Origin: Bacteroidota bacterium
GTDB taxonomy: Bacteria > Bacteroidota > Ignavibacteria > UBA10030
Assembly: GCA_050013655.1 (NCBI GenBank)
Contig: JBEKEV010000011.1
Location: 13,703 to 77,702 of the forward strand
Reading direction: 5' to 3'
Length of the DNA: 64,000 nt
Under the pieces are notes generated by a model. The model was given only the letters and a program-made list of their open reading frames with translations. It was not told the DNA's origin and ran no database searches. Positions 39,304-49,796 of this stretch are shown piece after piece. The translations under genes and the position numbers were made by a program. Position 1 is the stretch's first letter, and each line of letters starts with the position of its first letter.

Positions 39304-42225
39304 TTATTCAGGAACAGATGGCCGCAATACTGACTTCTGAGACTGAATCTGTATGATGTCAGGATCCAAGTCTTTTGAAACAGCTTTCAGGACGATAACA
39401 CCCTGTTCTTTTGAAGATTGTATGATGACTTGTGCTAATCCATTAAACACTTTGCGCTTCCAAGGATCTGCAGGATTATAGACCTGAACGATACCAGGAT
39501 CAGTGTTAAGATTGTCATATTGGAATCTTTTTATCAATGGTTTCCCAACGACTGCATAAATATTTTTTCCATCATGGAGAAAAGAATGATCAAGTTTATA
39601 TTCACGAACCGGATCATCGCGCTTGATTCGTGAAGCAACAAGATTTCCATTGATATAGATTGCCTGCTCTTCGCCCAAACTTCTTGGCCAGAGTGAGACG
39701 CTTGTATTTTCTGTAAGAGGGGGCAAATTAAACTCACCTCGAATGATCGCAACATCGAGACTGTCTCTTAATGTAACAACATATTCACCCTTCCCAATGA
39801 CTGCCCAATGCCAGGCCGAGTCATTATATTCCGATTTCACTTCCGGATAATTTTCTTTCTGAGTCGTTGTATGTGCTTTTAGATGATCAATATTGGCATG
39901 ACGAATACGTTCAAAATACCTGTCCGGCTCGTGCGATGATGGATCTCCATTTCCTACACCAATAATCATTCCAGGACCTTGTATGGAAAAAGTGATTTCA
40001 TTTCCGGACGTAGGGACAATTCTTCCTTTCGAATCAAGAACCTGTACTGTCACAACCGCAACATCTTCACCATTTGCTTGTATGGTCGATCGATCGGGAA
40101 TCACTTTCACAGAGGATGGTTCTCCTGTTGTCTCGATTTTCTCGGCGAGAATCTGCCGACCATTTTTATATCCTTGTGCAGTTAAAGCTCCAGGTTCATA
40201 ATCAATCATCCATTCGAGATGAGAATTCTTGTGAACAGGTTTTTTTCCTAAGCTTTTTTTGTCGAGAAATAATTCCACTTCGTCACAATTGCTGTAGCCC
40301 CAAACGTTGATCGGCTGGCATTCCTTCCCTTTCCAATTCCAATGTGGAAAAATATGCAGCACCGGCTCATCGCTCCACCATGATTTGAGATAATAGAACA
40401 TATCTTTGGGAAAACCACAGAGGTCGACAATGCCGGATTGAGATGTCACCTGCGGCCAGCCGAATGGACTGGCTTCACCGCGATAGTCAAACCCTGTCCA
40501 GAAAAAAATCCCGGAAAGGAATGGCCGTGCTGCATAGAACTTCAATCCTTCTTCCACGCCATGTCCCGGAAGCTTTCTATCTATTGGAGCCAGGTGTGCA
40601 TGCAATGAATCATCAAAATAAATTCCACGTGTGCTTCTTGAAGTCGTCTCTTCCGTTCCCATACTCGGTTGTTGAGGAAAATCGGCATGCTGTTTGTCGA
40701 TATTTCCGTTAAAAATGTAATTAAAACCCATCACATCCTGAACGGTCGATATTCCATTTCCCCATCCACCGCTATTGGCATACGTAATACGGCGAGTCGG
40801 GTCAAGCTTCTGCGCAAACGTTTGCATTGTCGTAGCCAATCGCGCGCCGGTACTATTGCCTTCTGCTGCCCATTCCTCGTTGGCAATCGACCAAACAAAA
40901 ACACTCGGATGATTCCTATCGCGTACAATCATTCGTTTGAGGAGATCAAGATGTTCAGTGTTTGTTCCAAGCAACCGATTCTCATCGATCACAAGCATAC
41001 CTAATCGATCACAAGCATCGAGAAGTTCGGGCGTAGCCGGATTATGCGAACAGCGGTAAGCATTCATTCCCATCTCTTTCAATCGCTTAACGCGAAACTC
41101 CTGAAGCGCATCTGGAATGGCTGTACCAACCCCTGCATGATCTTGATGATTATTACTTCCTTTGAGATACACATGTTTACCATTGAGAAAAAATCCTTCC
41201 TTGGAATCAAATCGGAGAGTGCGAATTCCAAATGGAGTTTCATACTGATCGATAAGAGAATCTGCTGAAGTGACAGTTGTTATAAGCTTGTACAAATACG
41301 GTGTTTCAATTGACCATACTCTGGGATTGACGACGTTTATCAGATTTACATATTCATTTGACTCGCCCGAATGAAGTACACACTGGTTCAATTCTCCCTG
41401 CACAACAGTTTTACCGTCTGCATCAATGACGGTATGTTTTATTTCAAACGACGCATTCTTCGCTCCTTCATTGATCAGCGTAACACGAGCGGTAATGTCA
41501 GCAGAATTTTCTTTCACGTCAGATGAAACGAATGTACCGAATGGTGCAATATGAAGTGGAGCTGTTTTATTCAACCACACATGTCGATAGATGCCCGCAC
41601 CCTCGTAATACCATCCTTCTTCCATAGTCGCATCGACACGGACAGCAACAACATTTTCACCTCCGTAATTCAAATAATCGGTGATGTCGTATTGAAAACT
41701 GTAATAACCACAATGTTCTTCACCAAGATAAAATCCATTGACCCAAACAACCGAGTTGCGATGGACGCCATCGAACTGTATGCTGATGCGCTTACCTAGA
41801 TCCGAATCAGGAATGGTGAACGTTTTTCGATACCAGCCAATACTCGTTGCCGGATAGTTACGCCCGATAGCTTTGTATCCATGACTATAACTTGCCAGTG
41901 AATCAAACGGCAGCTCAACTGCCCAATCGTGAGGAAGATTCAACGTACGCCAAGGACGATCATCAAAGTTTTTCGATGCCGGGCCATCACCGTACCCGGC
42001 TTTCGCAAAATAAGAGAAATATCCTGTAGCATGATTGAAATCTTTTTTTACATCAGTGGCATGTCCAAGAGCAAATTTCCAACCAAAATCCATGAGCAAC
42101 CGTTCACGTACACTTGTCTTCACAGGTGATGAAAATTTGTTCTCTGCTGCTGACAGTGAATCTGATCCAATTAGAATTACCGCATAGAAAAGTGCTGCAT
42201 ATTTTATCCAAGGTTTCTGTTTCAT
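39304..42225 (-). CDS. GH2 family glycoside hydrolase (beta-galactosidase-like), secreted
   Basis: Signal peptide; GH2 sugar-binding and TIM-barrel blocks (RNHPSVFVWSIANEEW with the acid/base Glu, CSHNP); 973 aa with an extra C-terminal domain. Confidence 0.75.
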   Translation of the reverse strand: MKQKPWIKYAALFYAVILIGSDSLSAAENKFSSPVKTSVRERLLMDFGWKFALGHATDVKKDFNHATGYFSYFAKAGYGDGPASKNFDDRPWRTLNLPHDWAVELPFDSLASYSHGYKAIGRNYPATSIGWYRKTFTIPDSDLGKRISIQFDGVHRNSVVWVNGFYLGEEHCGYYSFQYDITDYLNYGGENVVAVRVDATMEEGWYYEGAGIYRHVWLNKTAPLHIAPFGTFVSSDVKENSADITARVTLINEGAKNASFEIKHTVIDADGKTVVQGELNQCVLHSGESNEYVNLINVVNPRVWSIETPYLYKLITTVTSADSLIDQYETPFGIRTLRFDSKEGFFLNGKHVYLKGSNNHQDHAGVGTAIPDALQEFRVKRLKEMGMNAYRCSHNPATPELLDACDRLGMLVIDENRLLGTNTEHLDLLKRMIVRDRNHPSVFVWSIANEEWAAEGNSTGARLATTMQTFAQKLDPTRRITYANSGGWGNGISTVQDVMGFNYIFNGNIDKQHADFPQQPSMGTEETTSRSTRGIYFDDSLHAHLAPIDRKLPGHGVEEGLKFYAARPFLSGIFFWTGFDYRGEASPFGWPQVTSQSGIVDLCGFPKDMFYYLKSWWSDEPVLHIFPHWNWKGKECQPINVWGYSNCDEVELFLDKKSLGKKPVHKNSHLEWMIDYEPGALTAQGYKNGRQILAEKIETTGEPSSVKVIPDRSTIQANGEDVAVVTVQVLDSKGRIVPTSGNEITFSIQGPGMIIGVGNGDPSSHEPDRYFERIRHANIDHLKAHTTTQKENYPEVKSEYNDSAWHWAVIGKGEYVVTLRDSLDVAIIRGEFNLPPLTENTSVSLWPRSLGEEQAIYINGNLVASRIKRDDPVREYKLDHSFLHDGKNIYAVVGKPLIKRFQYDNLNTDPGIVQVYNPADPWKRKVFNGLAQVIIQSSKEQGVIVLKAVSKDLDPDIIQIQSQKSVLRPSVPE

Positions 42226-42246
42226 ATTTTTACCTTGCTCAAATTA

Positions 42247-43332
42247 CTACTTTTCAATTTCACGCCGAAGAGCTTTTCTAAAGAATTCACCGCTTTCAGT
42301 AAGTTTAAACGTATCCCAAGATTCTATTAATGTTGGTTTCCAGAGTGGATCATAAATCCAGCACACCCAACTGATTCCTTTACCTTCAAGATATTGGACT
42401 ATTTCCTTCCCGTACTCGCCATTTTCTGCCAACCCTTGTTTTCCCTTACTGAATCCAAATTCTGTTACAACCATGGGATAACGGCCAGCCGCGAATCCAA
42501 AATCTTCCTCCCACTTTGGGACATATGGTTTATCACGCTTATGCGGATATGGATGCGCGACATATCCGATTCCTTCAGCTTCTATCGGCTCGTTACGGAG
42601 CGGAGTCAAGTCATATGCCCAATCCAAACCTGCCACGAGCGGAATCCGTTCATCATCATACGCGCGGATGAGAGCAATGATATCCTCATTTATTTTTTTC
42701 CACTCACTCCAGGACATCCTTCCCAATTTGCCATGAAATACTGTCGGTTCATTGAAGAGCTCGTAAAACGCGACGGTGTTATTTCCTTGAAAATGCAGGG
42801 CAATCGTTCGCCAGAATTCGTAGGTCTCTTTGCGCGTGGTAACATACTCCGGACTTTGAAATAGCTCCATTTCGAGATTACCTATCGAATGCCAATCGAT
42901 GATGACATACATCCCAAGTTCTGTACACCACTCGACTGCTTGATCAAGCAATTGAAGGAATTTTTCCGGCGTGCGCATCCGCCATGGGACAGGATGAACG
43001 GGGAGACGGACAAGCGTGGCACCATACTCTTTAATTTTCACAAAGAGATTTCTATTCCACCGGCCCTGTTGTTCGATTTTATCCGGATCAGCAATGGATA
43101 CGCCACGAAACAAGATTGTATCCCCTCGTTCATCGACAAACTTATTCCCGTGTACCTTCACAAGCGGAAGCTTCTTTGCATTGGGATTTTTGACAGGCTG
43201 GCTTATATCTTTATTGTTCAGCCAATCGAAATATTTCGTTCCTTCTTTATCGTGTTGAGCTAAAAGAATATTGGACGAGCAAGCTGCGATGCACACAAAA
43301 ACAAGAAGATGTATTTGTTCTTTCATCACCAA
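42247..43332 (-). CDS. GH5 family glycoside hydrolase (endoglucanase/cellulase-like), likely a lipoprotein
   Basis: Signal/lipobox (CIAACSS); GH5 catalytic blocks YELFNEPT (acid/base) and VVTEFG (nucleophile). Confidence 0.75.
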   Translation of the reverse strand: MVMKEQIHLLVFVCIAACSSNILLAQHDKEGTKYFDWLNNKDISQPVKNPNAKKLPLVKVHGNKFVDERGDTILFRGVSIADPDKIEQQGRWNRNLFVKIKEYGATLVRLPVHPVPWRMRTPEKFLQLLDQAVEWCTELGMYVIIDWHSIGNLEMELFQSPEYVTTRKETYEFWRTIALHFQGNNTVAFYELFNEPTVFHGKLGRMSWSEWKKINEDIIALIRAYDDERIPLVAGLDWAYDLTPLRNEPIEAEGIGYVAHPYPHKRDKPYVPKWEEDFGFAAGRYPMVVTEFGFSKGKQGLAENGEYGKEIVQYLEGKGISWVCWIYDPLWKPTLIESWDTFKLTESGEFFRKALRREIEK

Positions 43333-43355
43333 TCCACAAAATCTATTATAAAGGG

Positions 43356-44208
43356 TTATTGTCTCACTAACCTGATCAGCAAGACATCGTGCACTGGGAT
43401 CTCAGCACTCAAGATTTTTGATGTTGTACCGAGAGATTTTTTTGCCCAAAGGTCTCGAATACTATACGTGGCCTCTTTCGCATTTAACGTTTTCTTCGAA
43501 ATATCATCGCCTACAACATTGGCTGCCCAATCAAATTCCAGTTTGTGAACTTGTTCAGTTCGATTGAGAAAACAGATTGCCCAATCGCCCTGGACTAACG
43601 GTTTCGCCCACACTTCAACTCCTTGCGCGCAACTGTTAAATCTGAATCCTTGCACACCAAGAGAATCCTGATCGATGGCAATCACTTCTTTATTGACAAG
43701 AATCTCTCTTATTTCTTTCTTCATACTCCTCAAATCATTCCCTGCCATGAGCGGAGCTGCCATCATACACCACAACGAAAAATGTGCCCGGTCTTCACTC
43801 AATGACATCCCTCGCCCAACCTCCATCATATCGGGATCATTCCAGTGATCAGGTCCTGCATAGGAGCGAATATCTTTTCGCATCTCAACAATTTTCATAA
43901 TACCCCACGACGACCACGTGCCATGGTTCACTTCACAGTCAAAGCAATCTTTTATATCACCCGTAGTTCGCCAGAGGTGCCCGACATCCTTTCCCCATTT
44001 CCAGGGATCGTTATTTCCCCACTCGCATAGACTGAAAACGATCGGTCTACCGGCAGTATGCAGCTATAAATACAGGATTCGATTGACTTTTGCCAACAAG
44101 TCCTATTGTGATATTCTTTTCCTTTTTTTGTGTATTGCCTGCAACGGCTAAAATCACTGACACACCGAGAAGAACAAAACATGTACACAAAATAGATCTG
44201 TAATTCAT
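43356..44208 (-). pseudogene. Truncated GH27 alpha-galactosidase remnant: a signal peptide, then a frameshift at about 44063, then only the C-terminal part of the GH27 domain
   Basis: The frame opening at 44063 reads AGRPIVFSLCEWGNNDPWKWG...DHWNDPDMMEVGRG...AHFSLWCMMAAPLMAGNDLR (GH27 blocks). The preceding roughly 170 aa, including the nucleophile Asp region, are absent. An upstream MNYRSILCTCFVLLGVSVILAVAG signal-peptide ORF lies in another frame. Confidence 0.6.
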
Positions 44209-44458
44209 TTTTATCCCTCTCTATAAGGTTCGATAGTTTTGATTATAAATTTATTTTTCTGTTTGCTAAGAAGACACTTAAACTTTTTCTGTGTTCTGCA
44301 CTTGATGATAATAGTATCAACCTTTCCACTATTGTATTTCTAAAGAATAATGTCACTGGTTGTTACATTATAGATATTGATTGTCAAAATATCAATTGTC
44401 GCACAGTGTTTTACGGAATGAAACAATATACAATCGTTTTTAAGAATAAATATACGAG

Positions 44459-45514
44459 CTACTGTATGGTTTTATAATGTACCAAAGACAGTTCCCTTAA
44501 TACTTGGGCACTGTATTCGGGTGTAATATCTCTTTGCGGTTCAGCCAACATTTCATATCCCACCATAAACTTCTTAATACTTGCGGATCTTAACAGCGGC
44601 GGATAAAAATGCATGTGAAGATGCCATTCGTTGTGCTCTTTGCCATCCGTTGGTGCCTGATGCAGTCCGGCAGAATAGGGAAAAGATGTTTTGAAAAGAT
44701 TATCGTACTTGATAGTTACAACACGTAGCGCTTGAGAGAGATCTTTTTTCTCTTGTATCCTCAATTCGAGAATATTGGCAATCTTTCTTTTGGATAGGAT
44801 CATCGTTTCAAACGGCCAGACAGCCCAGAACGGAATCACAATGGCGAAGGAGGCGTTTTCGAAGACAATCCTTTCTTTCAGCCGCAGTTCCAGCTTCAGG
44901 TAATCCGCTAAGAGGCTGCGCTTCTTCTTGGAATAGTATGATCTGAATTGCTTCAACTCTTTCAGAGGTTCCATCGGAATACTTTCCTGTGCCCAGATTT
45001 GTCCATGGGGATGGGGATTACTATTCCCCATGATCGACCCTTTGTTTTCGAATATTTGCACATAGTTGATATGCGGTTGTTGACCTAATGACTTGAATTC
45101 TTCTTGCCAGATTGTGATAACATCTTCTATTTCGCTCTCGTTCATTTCTGCGAGAGTGAGATCATGCCTGGGTGAAAAATTGACAACTCTGCAAATTCCT
45201 TTTTCGGATTTCGCAATCAACAAACTATTTTTTTCTAAATTTCTTTTGGGGACATCCGGAACCAGCGCTGAGAAATCATTGGTAAAAGCATATGTGCCAG
45301 TATACTGAGGATTTAAATCGCCATTGGCACGTTTATTCCCGGGACATAAATAGCACTCCGGTTCATATGCACGGCTTGGAGCAGTTGCTAAAGCAGAGAT
45401 TTCTCCCTGCCAGGGGCGTTGAGTTCTCTGTGGAGAAACCAATACCCATTCTCCGGTCAAGATGTTTTTCCTTCGATGAGGAGAATGAATGAGTTCAGAC
45501 TGTTGCATGTTCAT
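44459..45514 (-). CDS. galT: Galactose-1-phosphate uridylyltransferase
   Basis: HIT-family GalT motifs: CYLCPGN...HPHGQIWA; about 350 aa. Confidence 0.9.
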   Translation of the reverse strand: MNMQQSELIHSPHRRKNILTGEWVLVSPQRTQRPWQGEISALATAPSRAYEPECYLCPGNKRANGDLNPQYTGTYAFTNDFSALVPDVPKRNLEKNSLLIAKSEKGICRVVNFSPRHDLTLAEMNESEIEDVITIWQEEFKSLGQQPHINYVQIFENKGSIMGNSNPHPHGQIWAQESIPMEPLKELKQFRSYYSKKKRSLLADYLKLELRLKERIVFENASFAIVIPFWAVWPFETMILSKRKIANILELRIQEKKDLSQALRVVTIKYDNLFKTSFPYSAGLHQAPTDGKEHNEWHLHMHFYPPLLRSASIKKFMVGYEMLAEPQRDITPEYSAQVLRELSLVHYKTIQ

Positions 45515-46676
45515 TCACAGCAATAATGTTCGTTCCAGAGCCGATTGAAGTTACATAGGTTTTCAGATCAACATTGAATTCTTGTTTATACTTTTGGGCA
45601 GCATAGATACTGATCTCTTCTATCCCATCATTCTCCATGAGGTTGATTGTGCACCCGCCAAATCCGCCGCCCATCATCCGTGATCCGTATACCTGCGGCT
45701 TGCTCTTGACCAATGTTATCAAGAAATCGAGTTCTTTACAGCTTACTTCATAGTCACGTTTCAATCCTTCGTGTGTCTGATTCATAAATGCGCCAAAGGC
45801 TTTTAAATCACTTTTTTTAAGTTCCTTGCAAGCTTTCAAAACCCGATCATTCTCCTCGACAACATATTTGCATCGCCGATATATCGTTGGATTCATAAAG
45901 GCATTGCTTTTCTCTATCAAATCAATAGAAACGTCCCGCAAAGAGTTCACTTCTGGACAACATCTTTTTAGTATCGCTACTCCCTCACTGCACTCTTCTC
46001 TTCTTCTATTATATTCTGATGATGCCAATGAATGAGAAACGCGTGTATCAAAGAGAACGATGGAAATATTGGGATAAGCAAACGGATAATATTGATATTC
46101 CAGTGAACGACAATCTATGCGAAGCACCTTATCTCGCTCACCAAAAATATTTATGTATTGATCCATAATGCCGCATCGAACACCGACAAATTCATTCTCT
46201 GCTTTCTGGGCAAGTTGCACCATTGCAAGATCATCTATTCGTAATTCGAAGAGTGTCTTCAGGGCAAAAGCCAAACCTGCTTCGATTGCGGCTGAAGATG
46301 ACAATCCTGCACCGATGGGAATATCCCCTCCGAAAACACAGTTAAATCCTCGTAGTCGATAACGCGTCTTTATGAACTGATCAACAACACCCATGAGATA
46401 ATTCGGCCAACCTTTTGGCGTGAATTGGAGATTATCCAGTGTAAATTTATATTCATCGTCCATATCAAGCGCAAAGATATCGCATACTCTATCATTGCGC
46501 GGAGTGATAGCAAAATATATCGCCTTTTCTATTGCCGCAGGGAGAACATATCCTAAATTATAATCCGTATGTTCACCGATGAGGTTCACTCTCCCGGGCG
46601 ACCGCACAAGGAGGGGCCGTTCTGCGAAGCGTCCCTTAAATTTTTCTTCCACTCTATGAACAGTATTCATAAGCAA
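45495..46676 (-). CDS. galK: Galactokinase
   Basis: GHMP kinase; galactokinase signature SPGRVNLIGEHTDYNLGYVLPAAI; GLSSSAA; overlaps galT by 20 nt. Confidence 0.9.
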   Translation of the reverse strand: MLMNTVHRVEEKFKGRFAERPLLVRSPGRVNLIGEHTDYNLGYVLPAAIEKAIYFAITPRNDRVCDIFALDMDDEYKFTLDNLQFTPKGWPNYLMGVVDQFIKTRYRLRGFNCVFGGDIPIGAGLSSSAAIEAGLAFALKTLFELRIDDLAMVQLAQKAENEFVGVRCGIMDQYINIFGERDKVLRIDCRSLEYQYYPFAYPNISIVLFDTRVSHSLASSEYNRRREECSEGVAILKRCCPEVNSLRDVSIDLIEKSNAFMNPTIYRRCKYVVEENDRVLKACKELKKSDLKAFGAFMNQTHEGLKRDYEVSCKELDFLITLVKSKPQVYGSRMMGGGFGGCTINLMENDGIEEISIYAAQKYKQEFNVDLKTYVTSIGSGTNIIAVNEHATV

Positions 46677-46677
46677 C

Positions 46678-46923
46678 TCAATTCGTCTGCTTTCGTGTCT
46701 TTAAATACATCACTCCGCCAAAAGCGACCATGAGTGCTCCCCACCAGAGATTGGGATGGGTTTCTGCAAGTACTGTTTTTATTAATGGGGGATTGATGAT
46801 TTGATATAATCCGCTTAAAAATATAAGCCCTCCCATGACCAACAATATCAAGCCAACAAAATACCAGATGGGTTTCATTTTATGTTCTGACATAATCTTC
46901 TTCTCCTTGTTTACCAAAACCAA
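46678..46923 (-). CDS. Small two-TM membrane protein overlapping the symporter gene by 13 nt
   Basis: 81 aa with two hydrophobic helices; 13-nt overlap with the symporter gene; no homolog recognised. Confidence 0.35.
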   Translation of the reverse strand: MVLVNKEKKIMSEHKMKPIWYFVGLILLVMGGLIFLSGLYQIINPPLIKTVLAETHPNLWWGALMVAFGGVMYLKTRKQTN

Positions 46924-48587
46924 AGATTCAATATGATGAATACGATTAAAGAAATAATTGCATAGAATTCCGGACGCTTCACGAAAGGAATATGTTGATC
47001 ATGATTCTCTTGTGTCAATCCCTTTACCAAACCAACTAATTCTTCTTTTGCCCTCTTCTTCGTAAAGAGGCTGACAGCGACAGTCACAAGCGCACAAATC
47101 AGCCAAGCCCACCACGCACGCCAAAAATTTGCAGCCATATCACTTTGAACGCTTGACATCGTGATGATACTTTCTGCAAACCAGTGAAACTTGACGGCTA
47201 AATACATAAGAAACGATGAAAGCATCCCCGTTACGAGTCCCCAAAACGCCCCGTTCGGTGTTATCCACCAGACAAACATACCGACCAGCATGGTCGCAAA
47301 CAACGGTGCATTGACCCAGGAAAAGATTGCCTGCATATAATCCATAATGCTGGGGAAACTTTTTGCCCAGTATGCAGTAACAAGAGAAAGGACAACTCCA
47401 ACGATCGTCGAGACCCGTCCCATCCAAAGCAGATGAGCATCCGATGCGTTTCTATTCAAAACAGATTTATAGATATCATATGTCCACACGGTATTGAATG
47501 CACTCACATTTCCCGCTTGTCCCGCCATAAATCCTGCGAGCAGCGCTGTTACCCCCAAACCGACCAATCCGGGAGGATAGTATCGTGCAATGAGCAGTGG
47601 AAGTGCAGAATCATAATTTGTTTGTGCTCCGTCATGAAGCAATTTGAATCCGCTCTTCGGATCAATGGAAAGAGCAATGGCTATCAATCCCGCAAGGATG
47701 ACAATGAACGGCAAAGCCATTTTGAAAAATGATGCAAGGATGGGAGTCATGCGAGCGGAACGCAAATCTTTTGCCGAAAATGCGCGTTGCACGACAAGAA
47801 AGTCCGTCGTCCAGTACCCAAAAGATAAAACAAATCCAAGTCCTAAGACAATCCCGCCCCAATGGACGAACATGCCATTGCGCATAGGATCTGAGGATGA
47901 TGACCATAATGTTGTAAATGAAATATGTGAATTGAATTCATTAATACGGGCCATAATGTCATGCACACTCCCGATTTCAAAAATTCCGAGAATCGAAACC
48001 AGAAACAATCCAAACCAGATCAAGAAGAACTGTATGATTTCCGTAAAGATAGCCGACATCAATCCGCTCAAAGATACATAGACGGCAACGGTAATAGCGG
48101 ACGCCCACATACTGTAATCCCAGTTCCAACCAAGGAATGTATGAAGAACAAGGGCCATTGCATATAAATTTATTCCCGACACAAGGAGTGTCATGATCGC
48201 AAAAGAAATTCCATTGAGGACTCGAGTCTTTTCATCGAACCGGAGTTTAAGATATCCCGGGATGGAATTAATTTTACTGCTGTAGTAGAACGGCATCATA
48301 TAGATGCCAAGGAAAAGCATCGCGGGAACTGCACCTATCCAATAGAAATGTGCGACATACATTCCATACTTGAACGTATTGCCCGTCATCCCCATAAGCT
48401 CAAGGGCACCAAGATTTGCAGACAAGAACGCGAGTCCGGCGACCCATGAAGAATTTTTCCTTCCGGCAAGAAAAAAATCCTCTTGGCTCTTTGTATATTT
48501 TCGAAGATACATCCCTATGCCGAGAATAAAGATGAAATAGACAACGATGATAACCCAATCAATTAATGATAGTCCGATTGCTTCCAT
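46911..48587 (-). CDS. Sodium:solute symporter (SGLT-like; likely Na+/galactose or galactoside)
   Basis: N-terminus DWVIIVVYFIFILGIGMYLRKY...DFFLAGRKNSSWVAGLAFLSANLGA is the SSS signature; 13-14 TM helices; sits in the gal operon. Confidence 0.85.
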   Translation of the reverse strand: MEAIGLSLIDWVIIVVYFIFILGIGMYLRKYTKSQEDFFLAGRKNSSWVAGLAFLSANLGALELMGMTGNTFKYGMYVAHFYWIGAVPAMLFLGIYMMPFYYSSKINSIPGYLKLRFDEKTRVLNGISFAIMTLLVSGINLYAMALVLHTFLGWNWDYSMWASAITVAVYVSLSGLMSAIFTEIIQFFLIWFGLFLVSILGIFEIGSVHDIMARINEFNSHISFTTLWSSSSDPMRNGMFVHWGGIVLGLGFVLSFGYWTTDFLVVQRAFSAKDLRSARMTPILASFFKMALPFIVILAGLIAIALSIDPKSGFKLLHDGAQTNYDSALPLLIARYYPPGLVGLGVTALLAGFMAGQAGNVSAFNTVWTYDIYKSVLNRNASDAHLLWMGRVSTIVGVVLSLVTAYWAKSFPSIMDYMQAIFSWVNAPLFATMLVGMFVWWITPNGAFWGLVTGMLSSFLMYLAVKFHWFAESIITMSSVQSDMAANFWRAWWAWLICALVTVAVSLFTKKRAKEELVGLVKGLTQENHDQHIPFVKRPEFYAIISLIVFIILNLWFW

Positions 48588-48723
48588 AGAGTATTCCTTT
48601 TTTCGTTTTGTGTGTGTGGAGACGAATACAGTTTTGCACCTGATAACGAATGTCTATTCATTTCTTCAGCCCATAGTGTCACGTTCCGTGGTTCAAAGTT
48701 CAATGCAATGGTTCAATACTATT

Positions 48724-48739
48724 CTGCAAACGTTTGCAG
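48724..48739. promoter_or_regulatory. Perfect 16-bp palindrome CTGCAAACGTTTGCAG, a LacI-family operator, in the promoter region of the symporter-galK-galT operon
   Basis: It matches the LacI/CcpA-family consensus TGnAAnCGnTTnCA exactly. It sits between the LacI-gene stop (48754) and the symporter start (48587). Confidence 0.55.
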
Positions 48740-48753
48740 GAACATAAAAAAAA

Positions 48754-49767
48754 TTAGGTCGACCTGCGAACAATTAATTTTGTTTCAAGAATCATTGTTT
48801 CCGGCTTCATCAGTTTGTCTTCGATTGTATGGACGAGTATTTCCGCAGCCCTTCTCCCCATCTCAAAAGAAGGTTGTTCGACTGTCGTAATAGGCGGATC
48901 AACCAAACTTGTAATCTTGTTATTCGAAAATCCCATAATAGCAATATCATCGGGAATTTTTAATTTTGCTTCTTTGATTCTTTGGAAAGCTCCGATGGCA
49001 ACAGGATCGTTCACAGCAAAAATCGCGTCCGGAAGCATATTTTCTTTCAGCAGAGCATCCATGGAATTATATCCATTTTGTTCATGCAGTCCCCCGAACC
49101 GAATAAATCCATTATGTGAAACAATATGAACTTTTTTCAGCGCATCTTCATAACCGTTTAATCTGTCTTTACAGATACCCAATTCCTTGGGTCCAGCAAA
49201 GTGTGCTATCCTTTTATATCCTTTATTCACCAGATACGTAACTGCTTCGGAAGCGCTTTGATAATCGTCAATGACAACTTTGCTTGCGTTCACATCATCG
49301 CATACACGATCAAAAAACACTAAAGGAATTTTCCATCTCAGGAGATCCTGAAAGTGCTCTCCATTCTTTGTGTTCTGCGAGATTGAAACGATAACTCCAG
49401 CGACCCGATGATGCATCAGCATATTCGTATGGAGGACTTCCCTTTCATAACTTTCATTCGATTGGCAAAGAATGATCGTATACCCAGACTGGTATGCTAC
49501 TTCCTCTATTCCACTGATCGCTGAAGAAAAGAAATCGTGTTTAATTTCCGGGACGATAACACCTATAGTCGTTGTGCGATTACTTTTTAAACTTTGTGCA
49601 ATGGGGTTGGGAGAGTACCGTAATTCTTTCGCAACTTTTCTTACAAGCTCTTTTGTTTTACTCTTTATATCCGGGTGGTCACTTAATGCACGCGATACCG
49701 TTGATGGAGATATTCTTAATCTTTTCGCGATATCAATAATTGTGGCATGTTTCGTTATATGCTTCAT
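48754..49767 (-). CDS. LacI-family transcriptional regulator (GalR-like); start taken at the Met of MKHITKHATIIDIAKR (the track ORF extends to 49824)
   Basis: N-terminal HTH IIDIAKRLRISPSTVSRAL followed by a periplasmic-binding-fold domain; adjacent to the gal operon. Confidence 0.85.
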   Translation of the reverse strand: MKHITKHATIIDIAKRLRISPSTVSRALSDHPDIKSKTKELVRKVAKELRYSPNPIAQSLKSNRTTTIGVIVPEIKHDFFSSAISGIEEVAYQSGYTIILCQSNESYEREVLHTNMLMHHRVAGVIVSISQNTKNGEHFQDLLRWKIPLVFFDRVCDDVNASKVVIDDYQSASEAVTYLVNKGYKRIAHFAGPKELGICKDRLNGYEDALKKVHIVSHNGFIRFGGLHEQNGYNSMDALLKENMLPDAIFAVNDPVAIGAFQRIKEAKLKIPDDIAIMGFSNNKITSLVDPPITTVEQPSFEMGRRAAEILVHTIEDKLMKPETMILETKLIVRRST

Positions 49768-49782
49768 CTCTCTCGTCGTTTC

Positions 49783-49796
49783 CGCAAACGTTTGAA
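49783..49796. promoter_or_regulatory. Second, imperfect LacI-type operator cGCAAACGTTTGaa, about 16 nt upstream of the preferred regulator start; possible autoregulation
   Basis: It shares the 10-bp palindromic core CAAACGTTTG with the 48724 site; the half-sites deviate at two positions. Confidence 0.35.
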
